Positions 13,244 through 27,026 of a DNA stretch of 64,000 nucleotides are shown here, one piece after another. Every line of letters begins with the position of its first letter. The first letter of the stretch is position 1. This DNA is from Octopus vulgaris. Taxonomy: Eukaryota. The notes under the pieces are model-generated. The model searched no databases, was not told where the DNA came from, and saw only the letters and a list, made by a program, of their open reading frames with translations. The stretch spans positions 83,390,001 through 83,454,000 of the forward strand of contig OX597819.1 in assembly GCA_951406725.2 (NCBI GenBank), in the 5' to 3' direction. A program made the translations under genes and the position numbers.

Positions 13244-14807
13244 TATATCTGATGTCTTCATGGATGACATTTCTGACTATTCCTTCTGACACATTGAGAT
13301 CTTTTGCAGTTGACCTCATGGGCTTTCTGGGATTGTAATCAAAGGTCTGTTGAACATTCTGGGTAAATTCAAGTGTTATAATGATTTCAGAGCATTTAGA
13401 ATGCTTTTTATGCTTTGAAACTGGTGATACATTTCCATCTTCAGTCTCTAACTCCTTAAAAACTTTGTAGATGAAAGATCTGGCAACTTTTAAAAATTGA
13501 GATATTTCTAAATCATTATGCTTAGCCTTTATAACCACAATAACAGAATGCCTCTTCATTTCTTGAGTAAGCTGAGGGTCTAACATTATCGTTTTCTGAA
13601 ACAAAGATTATACAGAGTTAGCAAAAGATGCAGCAATGACACCAAAAAGGTATGTCCTCAAATACCTTACGCACCCAGTATAATGGTGGAACTCTATATG
13701 CACGTGTCCTTTCACGGAGATGGTATACATTCAAGTTCTATTATTATGTGTCCCCGATGGATTCCACTGAATATCCACAGATAACTGTTTAATTATTAAT
13801 GGTGAATCTTTAAAGTATGGAATTGACAGATCCTTTTATGTCTTTTTCAGAGAGTCTTGCATGAGTACATCCAACGTGCACCATTAAATAAGAACACATT
13901 TTTCGTGGTTAGACAATTTGGAGTCTACTTTCAGCATATAAGAAAACCACTTAGTGGCTTTCCTCTTATATTTGAATATAATTTGCAGTCCTCGGATGTT
14001 TTTTTACGCATGCTGGTCACTGGTATAAATTGTTATTTTTTAATGATAATTTTAAAATTTTTACCCTTTTATTTCTATTCAACAAGAGGATTTTATGTAA
14101 GTTCAAAGGATAAGGTCAACTATTTATTTATTTATTTAACAATCTTTTACACGCCATTTTCTTTCATATACTCTTTATTGTATACTTCTTTATTTATCTA
14201 ATTGATGCGAAGGCCACTGTGCTTATTTGATACCCTCTACCCTATCAGCACATCATAGACTTACTGTCTCTCCCTTTTATAGCTTTTCCAGCCTTAAAGG
14301 AGGGCATTAAAAGGTTGAACTTAGTCTAAAAACCTCTTGTTGAATAGAAATAAAAGATAAAAGAAATGAACTCTATCCTAGTTGTACAGACAAGATACTT
14401 GCTATCTGATTTCCCCCTACCCTATCCTCTAACCTCCGTCATTGTTATAAATTTTCATTACCTCCCCCCCACTACCCACACTTGACATCACATTATTTTC
14501 TCCTATAATACTACCAAATTGAACAAACAAACTCATTCTTATGATTGGCACTGGTCATAGAATCAGGAAGTGGTACAAACTTGGCTTTTGAATGTTTTTG
14601 AATGCTGTGATTCACATTCACCAGCTGAAAATGTTTTTTTTTTCTAATGATGTAATTTCTCCATTAATCAATTAAAAACTCGGTTGGAAACAGCTGTAGT
14701 GGGTCGAGACATTCAATACATAATCCATCTGTTGTTATTTATGCTAGCATGGGAGGCGAATGTTAAATGATGATGATGATGATGATGATGATATATATAT
14801 ATATATG

Positions 14808-14851
<44 letters not shown>

Positions 14852-14926
14852 TAATAATAATAAAGAATATGGAGACTCGTACATCCACAAAATTTATTTT
14901 ATAGCTATATGCAGAATATTATAATG

Positions 14927-15008
14927 ACCTACACATGTTTCCACTGCTGTAACTATTCACTGTTGCAAATGCAACCTTGCGATATTGCTAATGCAGCTTA
15001 ATCAGAGT
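14927..15008 (-). ncRNA. Degenerate hammerhead ribozyme (Penelope-type)
   Basis: Minus strand: act-CUGAUUA-(long stem II, gctgc..gcagt)-GAAACAUGUGUA-ggt; G8 is mutated. Confidence 0.45.
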
Positions 15009-15781
15009 TTGTCCATTTGGTCATCCTTGAAGTGAACTGAGAATGATCAAATGGTACTTATTTTATCAACCCGAGAATGATGAAAGGAAAAGTCAATCTC
15101 ACAGAATTTGAATTCAGAATGTAAAGACAGATGAAATGCTGCTAAACATTTTGCCCAGTGTGCTAACTATTCTGCCAGCTAATAATGAATGTATCCATTA
15201 CCAGGCAGAGAACATACAAAGAAAAAAATTGGAAACTGAGAAGTTGGTGTATTTTGCACTCTAATGCCTCCACCTCCTCATTTCTATCCCTGCATTTGTT
15301 GATAAAATTGCATGCTTAGAAAATATTTAAAAAAAAGATCAGAAGTAAGATTTTTTATAAGCATGCTAACAAATATTTAATCTTCATAACTCATCATAAC
15401 TAGCAATTAAATACCTTCACCTTTGTTTCAGTTAATTCTCTTCACAAACCTTGTTAAAGTGTTGAAAACATTCACAAACATACATCATACTAAATACCAT
15501 ACAATACATATCAAAACTCTCTAAAGTACTTTTAATCTCAAATCCAAATAAAGAACCAAATCAGAGATATTCATTCTATCCTTAAACCTTTTGATACCAA
15601 CTCAACTGGGACCCACTCACTCCTGGTTCTCTGAAACAAACTTCTTGTTTTTAAGTGGCCCAAAGTAAATATTTCCAGTAAAACTTTTATGTAAATTTGT
15701 AACCTGGACATTAGCATAATGACGAAGGTATTTTGATAAATTCTTCCTTATTATCAAAATTAACTAAAACAAAAGTAGTGT

Positions 15782-16086
15782 GACCTGATCTAAGATCGTG
15801 TGCTGGAATGAAAACAATTGCAGCATGGAAGGTGTTTATAAGCCATTTAAGAAACACACAAAAAATGTTAGATTCACTTCAACATTTAAATTTGATTTGT
15901 CAAAATATTTTCGTCGCTTTAAGACCGTGACCTGTTCACTGACAAAATTCTGTCAAAAATGCAGCACAGAATGTTGTCAGTGAATAGGTCGTGGTCTCAA
16001 AGCGAAGAAAATATTTTGACAAATTAAATTTAAATCTAACAGTTTTTGTGGGTTTCTTAAATAACTTATAAACACCTTCCGTGCTG
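15782..16086. mobile_element. Palindromic Penelope-like insertion with TSD and one-sided 36-nt tail
   Basis: Inverted arms 15818-15953 / 15966-16089; direct repeat caaaagtagtgt at 15770-15781 and 16087-16098. Confidence 0.75.
15896..15946 (-). ncRNA. Minimal hammerhead ribozyme variant with G3-C8 core (second copy 15974-16022, +)
   Basis: UUUGUCA-GUGAACA-G-GUCAC-loop-GCGAC-GAA-AAUAUU-U-UGACAAA: 7-bp stem I and palindromic stem III. Confidence 0.6.
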
Positions 16087-16650
16087 CAAAAGTAGTGTAT
16101 TTTAACAGAAATATGGTAGCAAAAGGGTTACTAATAGAAATAGTAAAACTGAAAAACAAAAAAACCCACTCTTTCTCACACATAGGTAATATAAATCACA
16201 CTCAACAACATACTGGTCTTTGCCCATATCACTAAATCAAGTAAACAGCATGCAGCTGGAATTTCAACCTGTCAATTATTTAACTCAAACAAGATTTTCT
16301 TTTCTTTTTATTATAATTTTTATGGCATAGTCAGGGAAGGAATGGTAGTGCCTATGACCTTTTGCAGAGCCTCAGGGACTGGTAGGAAGAAAAGGAGGAA
16401 GTTATTTTCAGATTGGGGATCTGGCTCCAATGCTTGCAAAAGAGCAGAGAAGATTCAGCTAAAAGATAACCAAGTGCCAACCAGGTTATTGTGCTAAACA
16501 AAGTGACAGATTGAATCTACTACCCAAGAACAGGATTTATAAAGAAAAATAATGTTTATTCACTGAAAGTATAACTAACAAACACAAATGCATTGAACTA
16601 TCAGATTAATAGTTTAATTAATATCAAGTCATACGTTTTCATGACCAACA

Positions 16651-16855
<205 letters not shown>

Positions 16856-17129
16856 GTACCAGGCAATGGCTCTCATAGTTTCTGATCTTAACTGATTGGA
16901 AGTGTTATCATGTACATATTTCGTTTTGGTATAAAAGATAGGCTGCAGCAAATATTCTGCTCAATACCACAGATTTACTTGTCAGTTGTTTGACCATTAG
17001 CACTTGAGCATGTCCCTTGGTGACTGATTTGTGCATCTCTGATCATGAGTAGAATTAGTGGGGGAGCATCATAGCCAAGTGTTGAGAGCAATTTTTGGAG
17101 TTTGAATAATTCACCTCTTGAAACAATGG

Positions 17130-18508
17130 TGCTAAACTAAGTGAGGGACAACGGCAGTTAGACTGCTGTTGTGGCTGAAGGGATACCTTCTGTTAAGTGC
17201 ACGAAGTCTGAGACAGTGGAGAGGGCAGATGACCCATAGAGTTAGATGGACAACGACCTTGAAGGTGGAACCAGCAATGTGTGTGATATGCATAGGGCAC
17301 ACTCAAGTACTCAAGGAGTATGTGGCCAATCACCATGAATATACCTAGTAGTTAACCAATAATGAATAAAGTCAATAAAAATAACTCATACCACATTGCT
17401 CGCCTCGTGAGTCAACAAGAAGTGTGCCCCCTAGTGAGGAGTCAGGCTGGGAGCGAAAAGTTGGTTACTGATTCAAAATCTACCCACTCCCAGGCAACTG
17501 TGGGCAACTTAACCAAGGAAATCCTCAACCTCAGCCCCACCGATGCAAGCCATACTACACGCAAAAACCCTAGAACTAAATGGAATCGGGAAGAGTATAA
17601 ACTAGTAATGGAAACATACTACATGGCGGTAATCACACCATCAGAAGATAACATGACAAAAAGGACTTATCAATTATATAGACAGCAAAATCCAACTTCA
17701 AGGTTAAATATGGATCTCAACAAGTTAGGGAATGTTCAAAGAGATATCATTAAAGACAGGAGGCTCACAGACACTGAGCTGGAAGAAATAAAAGAAAAAG
17801 TCAACAGATTTCACCGTATAACACCAAATACAAATGAAATAGAAATAGGGACTACAGAAAACCAAGAAGGTGATGTAATTGAGGAGCCCTCTGTCAGTAA
17901 TGAGAGAGAAGAACCTGTAAAACAACCAACAGCATGAAACAGTGACATGGATAGGGAGAAATATTTTGAACTAAAAGAAGAAATACAGAGAAAATGGGAA
18001 CAGATAAAAGCACAAGACACCACAGACAGAGAGCCCCTACTAAAAATCAGTATGGATAAGAACCTGAAGGAGTTGATTAAATTTGGCAATAATGTAATAG
18101 ATGAGACAAAATCAACAACAATAGAACCACTAAATATAACATTGCTAAACCAACTAGCCTATGCTACAGCTACAGCTATTACTGAAGCAAAAGGCATAAA
18201 ACTAAGAAAGAAAACTGTTCAACAGAAGAAAAGACAACCAAAATGGGAAGAAAACTTAGAAAAGGATATTCAATGCATGAGAGGTGACCTATCAATACTG
18301 ACCGAAATAAGTAACGGAAACCAGGTCAACCAAAGAAAAGCCAAGAAAATATGCAAAAAGCATGGAATCAAACAAAACAATGAAATACCTGAAGCAAAAA
18401 ATCCAAGCAAAGGTACAACGACTGTCATGATATATAAAGAGAAGCAAACAATTTAGACAAAACAAATTATTTAAAGAAGATGGAAAGAAATTTTACAGGG
18501 AACTCGGT
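17130..18508 (+). pseudogene. 5' part of an R4/Dong-clade LINE ORF (N-terminal domain), 3'-truncated
   Basis: ORFs 17362-17937 and 17947-18456 are in frame with one stop: RTKWNREEYKLVMETYY..LTDTELEEIK..PKWEENLEKDI..RGDLS, and end ..KKFYRELG. Confidence 0.75.
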
Positions 18509-19230
18509 AGTTGGCTGCATCTCATGTTTCCAAGCTTGCAATCCAGTTCATTTTCCTGAGTGTTTGAACTGCAGATGGCTCCACAATCCAAGTGTTGCAT
18601 GAAACATATGGGGACTTTGTGGACAAGGAATAGAAGGAGCTGGATTGGGAAGGAGAAGGCGCTGCTTTCTCTCTCATCTCTTGAGTTCACCACACTAGAC
18701 CACCAAATTCTATCTTCATAAACAACAACTGACTGTCTGTCTGTTTCTCTCTCTTTTTCCTGCAACATACCCAAAAATTTCATCTCACCCTTGTTTTTCT
18801 ATCATCATTACTATCCTGTTACTGCTCTCTTCTTGCATCCCTCAACCTCCCCAATTCAGTCATCATTGGCAAATCCCTGCCCCACCCCACTTACATCCAC
18901 TCTTCAACCCTATCCAATCCATACAGACGCCACCTATTTCCACTCCCCTAATTTCCCTGTACCCCACCCCATTCATTCTTACAAACCCTATTCATTCCTA
19001 ATTTCTTTAGTCCCACTTACTTCTACTCATCTCTTACCTTAAGATACTACCTAGACACTTTATCACCATTGTTTATCTCTTTGCTGTCACTACTGATTCA
19101 TTTTCACTGTCTCCCCTAAATGTACTAGCTATGTAGCTCCTCTACAACAACAAAGACCTTATCCATCTCAACCCCTTCTTTCATACCTTAGCCTTCGTCC
19201 CTAGTGTGCTCCTCCCCTCAAGTTTTGTAA

Positions 19231-19666
19231 GGGGGCTCATGGCTTAGTGGTTAGGGTGTTGGACTCGTGATCATAAGATTGTGGTTTTGATTCCTGGACT
19301 GGGTGATGCATTGTGTTCTTGAGCAAAACACTTCATTTCATGTTACTCCAGTCCACTCAGCTGACAAAAATGAATAGTCTTGCAATGGACCAGCATCCCA
19401 TCCTGGTGGTGAATATATATGCCATGAAACTGGGAAATCAGCTCTTTTACTCTCTTACTCTTTTACTTGTTTCAGTCATTTGACTGTGGCCATACTGGAG
19501 CACCACCTTTAGTCAAGCAAATCGACCCCAGGACTTATTCTTTGTAAGCTTAGTACTTATTCTATCGGGCTCTTTTGCCAAACCGTTTACGGGGACGTAA
19601 ACACACCAGCATCGGTTGTCAAGCGATGTTGAGGGGACAAACACAGACACATAAACATATAAACAC

Positions 19667-19710
<44 letters not shown>

Positions 19711-19923
19711 ATATATATATGACGAGCTTCTTTCAGTTTCCGTCTACCAAATCCACTCACAAGGCTTTGGTCAGCCCAAGGCTATAGTAGAAGACACTTG
19801 GCCAAGGTGTCATGCAGTAGGACTGAACCCGGACCCATGTGGTTGGTAAGCAAGCTACTTACCACACAGCCACTCCTATGACTAGCTTTGTGAGTCAGCA
19901 TAAGTTGCAAAGGTAACTTTACC
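19231..19923 (+). mobile_element. Family C SINE with a full family A SINE (19445-19878, -) nested inside; itself inserted in an RTE-tailed element (~18720-20155)
   Basis: TSD tttgtaag at 19224-19231 and 19924-19931; recognisable heads and tails. Confidence 0.7.
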
Positions 19924-20754
19924 TTTGTAAGCTTGCAAGTTGCATGGCAACCTTACTAGTGCTGGTGGTATGAGAAAAGCACCGAGTACATACTGTAAAG
20001 TAATTGGTATCAGGAAGGACATTGAATGTCCAGCCTTAGAAATCATGCCAAAGTAGACACTGGAGCTTCATGCAGTCCTTGGACCCATCAGATCTTATCA
20101 AACCATCCAACCCATGCCAGCATAGAACATGGACATTAAATGATAACAATGATGATTGTAAAAATTGAAGAACTGTGAAAGAAGCTTAAACTGGGCTAGT
20201 ATTACAGGTTTCAATATCAACATCATAAAAAGTAAAGCAGTAACGATTACCAAGTGATATTAAGAACTCAGGAGCCATTTTGAAGAGGTTGCTTATTATC
20301 TGTAAAACGATCTAGCTTAATTTATTTAATACTATATGATACTCAACAACAGACACTGGTAACATGAGCTACAAACTATAGACTATATAGATGATTTGCT
20401 AGATGCAGTTGATAAGTTGTACTATCTGAATAAGTGCTGCATAGGGTTTTTGTAAAAGAATTGTTGGTAGAGTAAAAACAATGTGAAATAAGACCAGTAG
20501 TCTGTCATCTCTCTTAACAAAAAAAAAAAAATAAATAAAAGGGCTTTGTTTTTGTATACAAAACATAGGTCTTTTGAAGTATGTGTAGTGATTGGGATAT
20601 TATGAAACATGGCTCATGAATACATATTACAAGCAGAAGAATAAGCTGAGTATTGTTCATTAGATGTATAACGTATTTACAAGAAGGATATTTTTCATAG
20701 AGTAGTATTCTTCTTGAGCAGTATCATAATCGCTTGCATGCAAGTACACAAGCA

Positions 20755-20932
20755 CACACACACACCTATACACATGCATACATACATACATACATACATA
20801 CATACATGCATACATACATACATACATACATGCATACATACATACATACATACATACATACATACATACATCAGTTTGAAAGACAAGTGACAACCACCAC
20901 CACCACCACTGTTGCTGCTGCTGCTGCTACTA

Positions 20933-20998
<66 letters not shown>

Positions 20999-21000
20999 TG
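20755..21000. repeat. Compound microsatellite (TACA)n, (ACC)n, (GCT)n, (ACT)n
   Basis: Directly visible. Confidence 0.95.
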
Positions 21001-22506
21001 TAACAAACATATTCAGTAACAACAAAAATATCACAACTTCCTATTTTCTCTCTATTAAAAGCCATGTGCATTTTGGTTCTGTATCATTAATTAAATGCCA
21101 GCTCTCTCATTCTTTTATATTGATTTAAGTAAATATATTTTCAAGCTAAGCTATCAGAGCCGCTCCAGGAGAAAACCTATAATGATACATAAGATTATCT
21201 AATGAGAAAAAATATATTGCAGACTGTCTGTTACTCAGGGTGGTTCAGGGCATCCTGACCGCTAACAGTCTTCAGCTCCAAACAACTCTGTGCTTCATTT
21301 TATAGATACAACTCAGAAGTTAACCTTTTGATCCTGTCTTTTCTAAGAGCAGGACTGTTCACTCCCCACTTAGCCTCTTCTGCGGGATTAGAAAAGAAAT
21401 GACTTCAGTTTTTTCAACCTCTTACACTGTACATTTGTTTTCATAAAACTTAACTTACTAAACAAACAGAAATTGTATTTAATCTTTTACCAAAAATTTT
21501 AATAATCTGGTAAAAACTGTATTTCCTTCATTTATTCTATAGTAGCCTTAGAAATTGATACTCAAGTGCATCTCTAATTCTCTATAAAATGTAGTGTTAG
21601 GTTCTCTAATCAGATGAGGGGACACTGAAAAGTTCCTGGCTTTAAGGGTATCATAGCTTCCAAGTTTTTTACAGGGCTTAGAAAAACTGAAAGGCCATTG
21701 CAATAAGTGTGTGAATCTGAGAGGAGAATATATTGAGTAAAATCATAATTAACTGATCCTCCTAGGAACTTTTCAGCACTTCATTGTATTGATTAAAAAC
21801 TATATGCAACTGGTATTACTCCAGATGTCAAAAACCAGCTTTCACTCTGTGTTTGAGTTAATCCCACAACCTAGCTCAATATGCTCAGCTGTTAAAATGG
21901 CAACTCAATCAATGTGAAAAGCATACCTCAGTAAAGGCAGCTCCATTGGCTCATCATCAACAAATCACACGATAGGTATAGCAATGCAAAAATGTCTATC
22001 AACAAACAACCAGGAATCCTGAGACTCTTACAGAACTGGCACTGGAAGTATCTTTATCGTTTACTTGTTTCAGTCATTGAACTGCAGCCATGTTGGGGCC
22101 TCACCTTGAACTGTTAAGTCAAATAAATCAAATTCAATACTTATTTCTTCTTTTAAGTCTGGTTTGTATTCTATTGATTTCTTTTGAAACTAAATTAAGG
22201 GACGTAAGCAAACTAACACTGGTTGTCATGGTTTGGGGGAAACCAACACAAATACATACCCCTCCACCACACACATTAATATATATATCTTTCCTCATTG
22301 TCATCATCATCATCATCATCATCATTCTTTAATGTCTGTTTTCCATGCTGGCATGGGTTGGACTGTTTGACCTATTGCTAGCAAGCTAGAGAGTTGCACC
22401 AGGTTCAAGTCTGATTTGTCTTGGTTCCTATGGCTGGATGCCCTTACTAACACCAACCACTTGAATGTATGCCTAGATGCATATACATATGTGTATACAC
22501 ACACAC

Positions 22507-22555
<49 letters not shown>

Positions 22556-22561
<6 letters not shown>

Positions 22562-23436
22562 GCAATGGGTAAATTGTTATATTTTTAATTTCATGAATGC
22601 GCATTGTTTGTTTTGGATTTTGTCGACTACACAACATGGTAGGGTCAGCTGGGCACCGTCTGTGAGAAAAACAGCACCATGATGCAATTCACTCTGCCAG
22701 AAATTTGGAAACGACATGCTGTACTGCTTGGTATTTATGCCAGACGCTTCAATATGAACAATTGAGAGTGTTTGGGTGTCAATCCGAAGACTTGCCATAT
22801 CTCCAAAACATGTACCAAGAGTGATAAAAATCAAACATCCAGTCAACATCATGGTGTTTGGAGTGATCACTAGTGATGGTGATGTTATACCTCCATTCAT
22901 CTTCCCACATGGCCTCAGACTCAACATGGAGGCCTACATCAAGTGCCTGGAGGAGGTAGTGCTGCCCTGGGTCAAGAGAGAGGCAGCTAGAAGACCCTGT
23001 CTGGTAACAGGACTCTGCACCATACCACACAAGCAGGAGAACCCAGTCATGGCTGTCAGACAATTTCTGAAATCACACCATTCCTAACATCTGGCCAGCT
23101 AACTCTCCAGACTGCAATCCCCTTGATTATTATGTGTGGGGCACAGTTGAGTGAGAGACCAATAAAATTCTTTGTAAAACCAAAGAGGAACTAAAGGCAA
23201 GGATTATGGCAGCATTCACCAACTTAAAGAAGGAGAACTTTCAGAAAAGTTGCAAGAGATTCCAAAGTCGTCTGGAGGCTGTGGTTGAAACAAATGGCAA
23301 TCTTATTGAATAAATTTACTCTTTAGTATTTATTTGGAGATATTTTAATGCAATTTCGGTAAATATATCTGTTAAAATGAGATGTCAGTGTTTCACTTTT
23401 GCATAATTTAGGTGACAGTTTATTCATTGCACCCTA
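22556..23436 (+). mobile_element. Internally deleted maT (DD37D) transposon
   Basis: TIRs tagggtgcaatgggtaaa / tttattcattgcacccta; MVFGVITSDG..QDSAPYH..WPANSPDCNPLDY (37 spacing)..RLEAVVETNGNLIE*. Confidence 0.85.
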
Positions 23437-23449
23437 AAGCACAATTCAA

Positions 23450-23908
23450 TGACTAGCACCTGTGCTAGTGGAGCTCTAAGAGCACCATCTAAGCATGATC
23501 ACTGTCAGAGCAGCTAACTGGCTTCCATGCCAGTAGTACATAAAAAGCACCATTCAAACGTGATTGTTACCAGCGTTGCCTTACTTGCACTTGTACTGGT
23601 GGCACGTAAAAAACATTTGAGTGAGGTCATTGCCAGTTCCACTGGACTGGCTCCTGTGCAGGTGGCACATAAAAAACACCACTTGAGTGTGGCAATTGCC
23701 AGTACCGCCTGACTTGCCCTCATGCCGGTGGCACGTAAAAGCACCCACTACACTCTCGAAGTGGTTGGCATTAGGAAGGGCATCCAGCTGTAGAAACTTT
23801 GCCAGATCAGATTGGAGCCTGGTGCAGCCATCTGGTTCACCAGTCCTCAGTCAAATCGTCCAACCCATGCTAGCATGGAAAGTGGAGATTAAACGATGAT
23901 GATGATGA
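23450..23908 (+). mobile_element. RTE-LINE 3' UTR with degenerate ~55-bp internal repeats
   Basis: Repeated 'ggtggcacgtaaaaagcacc' units, 'ggaagggcatccagc' motif, (GAT)n tail. Confidence 0.8.
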
Positions 23909-25404
23909 TATACAATAAGCCTGCATAGTTTCCATCTACCAAGTTCACTCAAATGGCATTGGTTGGTCAGGGATTACAGTAGAAGACACTTGCCTAGACT
24001 AACAATGCGAAAGTTACTGAAAAAAAAAAAAAACGAAATATAAGACACCATGCCACAAGAAGTACAAGACCATATTTTCCACCAACTACATCCAATCTTT
24101 AATAAACAACTTCTTTACAGACCAGATTTGTTAATCTTTAAATTTCCCTAGGAAAAATTTGAATAGATTATTTTTGCACAGATGTTCCAAATGAATTATA
24201 TGCCCTTTGTATACAGTACTGGATTATTATATTTTTTTTAAAGTTCTGAATTAAAACCTTGCCAAATTAATTTGGCTTTCCTCTTCAGGTGTTGTCAAAA
24301 AAAGGTATTTATAATATATTGGAGTTCATTCAATAGAACTGGCCCTGTGCCTAAGCTTTAAAAAATAATCAATAGCTGGGCACAAAACTAAATGTTTTAC
24401 AAGCCAAGGGGTGAGTTTCTATATGGTTGCTTGAATCTTTAGAATTAGCAGCTAATTCTCCTTTAAAATACACCCTACCATCTGAAAAAAAAGGACACAC
24501 TGGATAGTGTTATCAAGGTATACTAAGTCTGAAGCCATAGCATCATTAAAATGTCTTTGCTTTTATATCTGCTCAATCAGGGATGACTTGGAGAAAACAA
24601 CAGCAACTACTACGACTAAATGTTTTAATATAATTAGTCTGGTAAGTCATTGTTCAGATCTTGTTGAGGTTTGAACTGTTTCTTATTCTTTTGCAGTTAC
24701 TGAAATATGTACTAATTGGGAACTGGGGTTTTCATATGTTTTAGGGCTAACCATAAGACAAAAGATCCATGGTTAAGGTGAATGGTTAGTATAATTTGAA
24801 TCAATGCATTAAAAAATATAAGTGCATCTAAATCTGTGTAACTTACTATATTATCAACATTCTCTCTCTCTCTGTCACTACATATATATATATCCCTCTC
24901 CCTCCTTCACCGTTTTCTATCTGTCTGTCTGTCTCTGTCTCTCTCTCTCATTGCTCACACATGACCATTGTCTATCCTTCTTTTCCTCACATGACCATCT
25001 TTCTTTTCCTGCTTAGACGTCTAAATGACTGGACTGTTTTTTCGCTCTCTCTTTTATCTTTTCTCTTTTCAAAAAAATGTCTCTGCCAGCATTCACTATT
25101 CTCCTTTTGTTCCAGTCTAACAACTCCCCATGTCTGTTTTCATTCAGTTTCCTTGTATGTCTCCACTGTTATGTTTTTTTTTTTGTTCCCAACTTTGATC
25201 CTCCATAAAGCCTAAATTTTATTTTAGAATTTATGGGAGCTACTGTCTTTGAAGACTCACACTGTCACTTGAATGCTCAAAATGAAGAGTAGATAGACAG
25301 CTAACAACTGATGAAGGGTCCTTTTTCTGTGTTAATTATATATATATAATTATATAATTATTAATCATTTATTTAATTGAACGTGATACATCCATTCCCA
25401 AGTA

Positions 25405-25452
<48 letters not shown>

Positions 25453-25535
25453 GGTCCCGGGTTGATTCGGGGTTAACCACAGTAAGTAAGGTACTCAATA
25501 CATAGCAGAGTAAAATTAATTTATTATATAGAAGG

Positions 25536-25586
25536 AGCTTCTACAGGACTAGTACTGTTTCATTCAAGAGAAATCTTCAGGAAGCT
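25536..25586 (-). ncRNA. Type-I minimal hammerhead ribozyme (left arm)
   Basis: Reverse complement of 27690-27740. Confidence 0.8.
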
Positions 25587-26270
25587 ATTTAACAAGAATT
25601 GTATTAGCATTTATACATTTAGGCAGGTTTAAAGGAGTGGTGGTGGGGGACTTTTTTGGGGGTAGGCATAGCGCAAAATGTCATACTTGGGGGAGTGGTC
25701 AAGGAGTCAGTGGTAAGTTAGATGAAAGAATAGATAAATAAAAAAAATAAAATAATAAAAAAATAAAAAAATAAAAAAATAAATAAAAAAATAAAATAAT
25801 AAAAAAAATAATTAAAAAAAAAAATTAAAAAAATAAAAAATATATATAAAAAATATATATATAAAAAAAGGGGGGATAGAGTTATAGGTAAATAAGGAGA
25901 TTCTCACTTATACCTATACACATATGTATACGTATCTACACACATATATATACACACATATATATATACATATATATATATATATACACATCTACATACA
26001 TACATACATACACCCGCCCACATATACAAATTTATACACATGCACATGCATATACCTGTCTACACATACACACACGTATATATGCATACACTCCCTCCCA
26101 TGCATGCACGCATACACACATGTATATATATACCCACGACCACACATACATATATACACAGAAAAATATATATTCATACGCACATACACTCATGCACACA
26201 CAACACACCTAGTTCCCTATATACACATATTTACACCTATATATACATACACCCACATACACATATGTAC

Positions 26271-26301
<31 letters not shown>

Positions 26302-26434
26302 CACGCATACATATATATACATGTGTGCACATGTATATAATAATAAAAAAATATATATTCATACACATACACTCATACACATACACCCTATATACACATA
26401 TTTACACCTATATATATACACCCACATACACATA

Positions 26435-26472
<38 letters not shown>

Positions 26473-26570
26473 ACACGTACATATATATACATGTGTGCAC
26501 ATACATACACATACACATATACATACACATACACATACACATGTGTACCTATACATACCTACACATACAC

Positions 26571-26610
<40 letters not shown>

Positions 26611-26845
26611 CAATCCAATACAGGCCCATTCCCTAATTTTAATTTTATTATCTTCATTTATTACTTTTGTTATCTTTGATCGCTAGAGCTAAGGATCCTG
26701 GCTATGGCAGCATGTCCATTTCTAGTAGACAGACAAATGGACATGCTGCCATAGCCAGGATCCTTAGCTCTAGCGATCAAAGATAACAAAAGTAATAAAT
26801 GAAGATAATAAAATTAAAATTAGGGAATGGGCCTGTATTGGATTG

Positions 26846-26889
<44 letters not shown>

Positions 26890-26988
26890 GTGTATGTGTA
26901 GGTATGTATAGGTACACATGTGTATGTGTATGTGTATGTATATGTGTATGTGTATGTATGTGCACACATGTATATATATGTATGCGTG

Positions 26989-27026
<38 letters not shown>

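Larger units (their letters stand above)
11400..13679 (-). pseudogene. maT-family (DD37D) transposase remnant, split by a nested Tc1 element
   Basis: N-terminal HTH part (MKRHSVIV..PRKPMRSTAKDLNVSEG..HEDIRY) at 13244-13560 resumes at 11968 with FSNEK..VFQ*DSA..WPPNSPDFNPLNY; 37 residues between 2nd and 3rd catalytic positions. Confidence 0.85.
15582..16131. mobile_element. TTAA-type (piggyBac-like) MITE hosting a palindromic insertion
   Basis: Ends 'ttaaaccttttgatacca' / 'tggtagcaaaagggtta'. Confidence 0.6.

Noticed and set aside
21225-21410. Possible minus-strand exon after ttcttttctaatcccgcag
   Set aside because: Short frame, no recognisable product and no convincing donor
25308-25320. 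ctgatgaag hammerhead-like core
   Set aside because: No downstream stem II-GAAA or closing stems found
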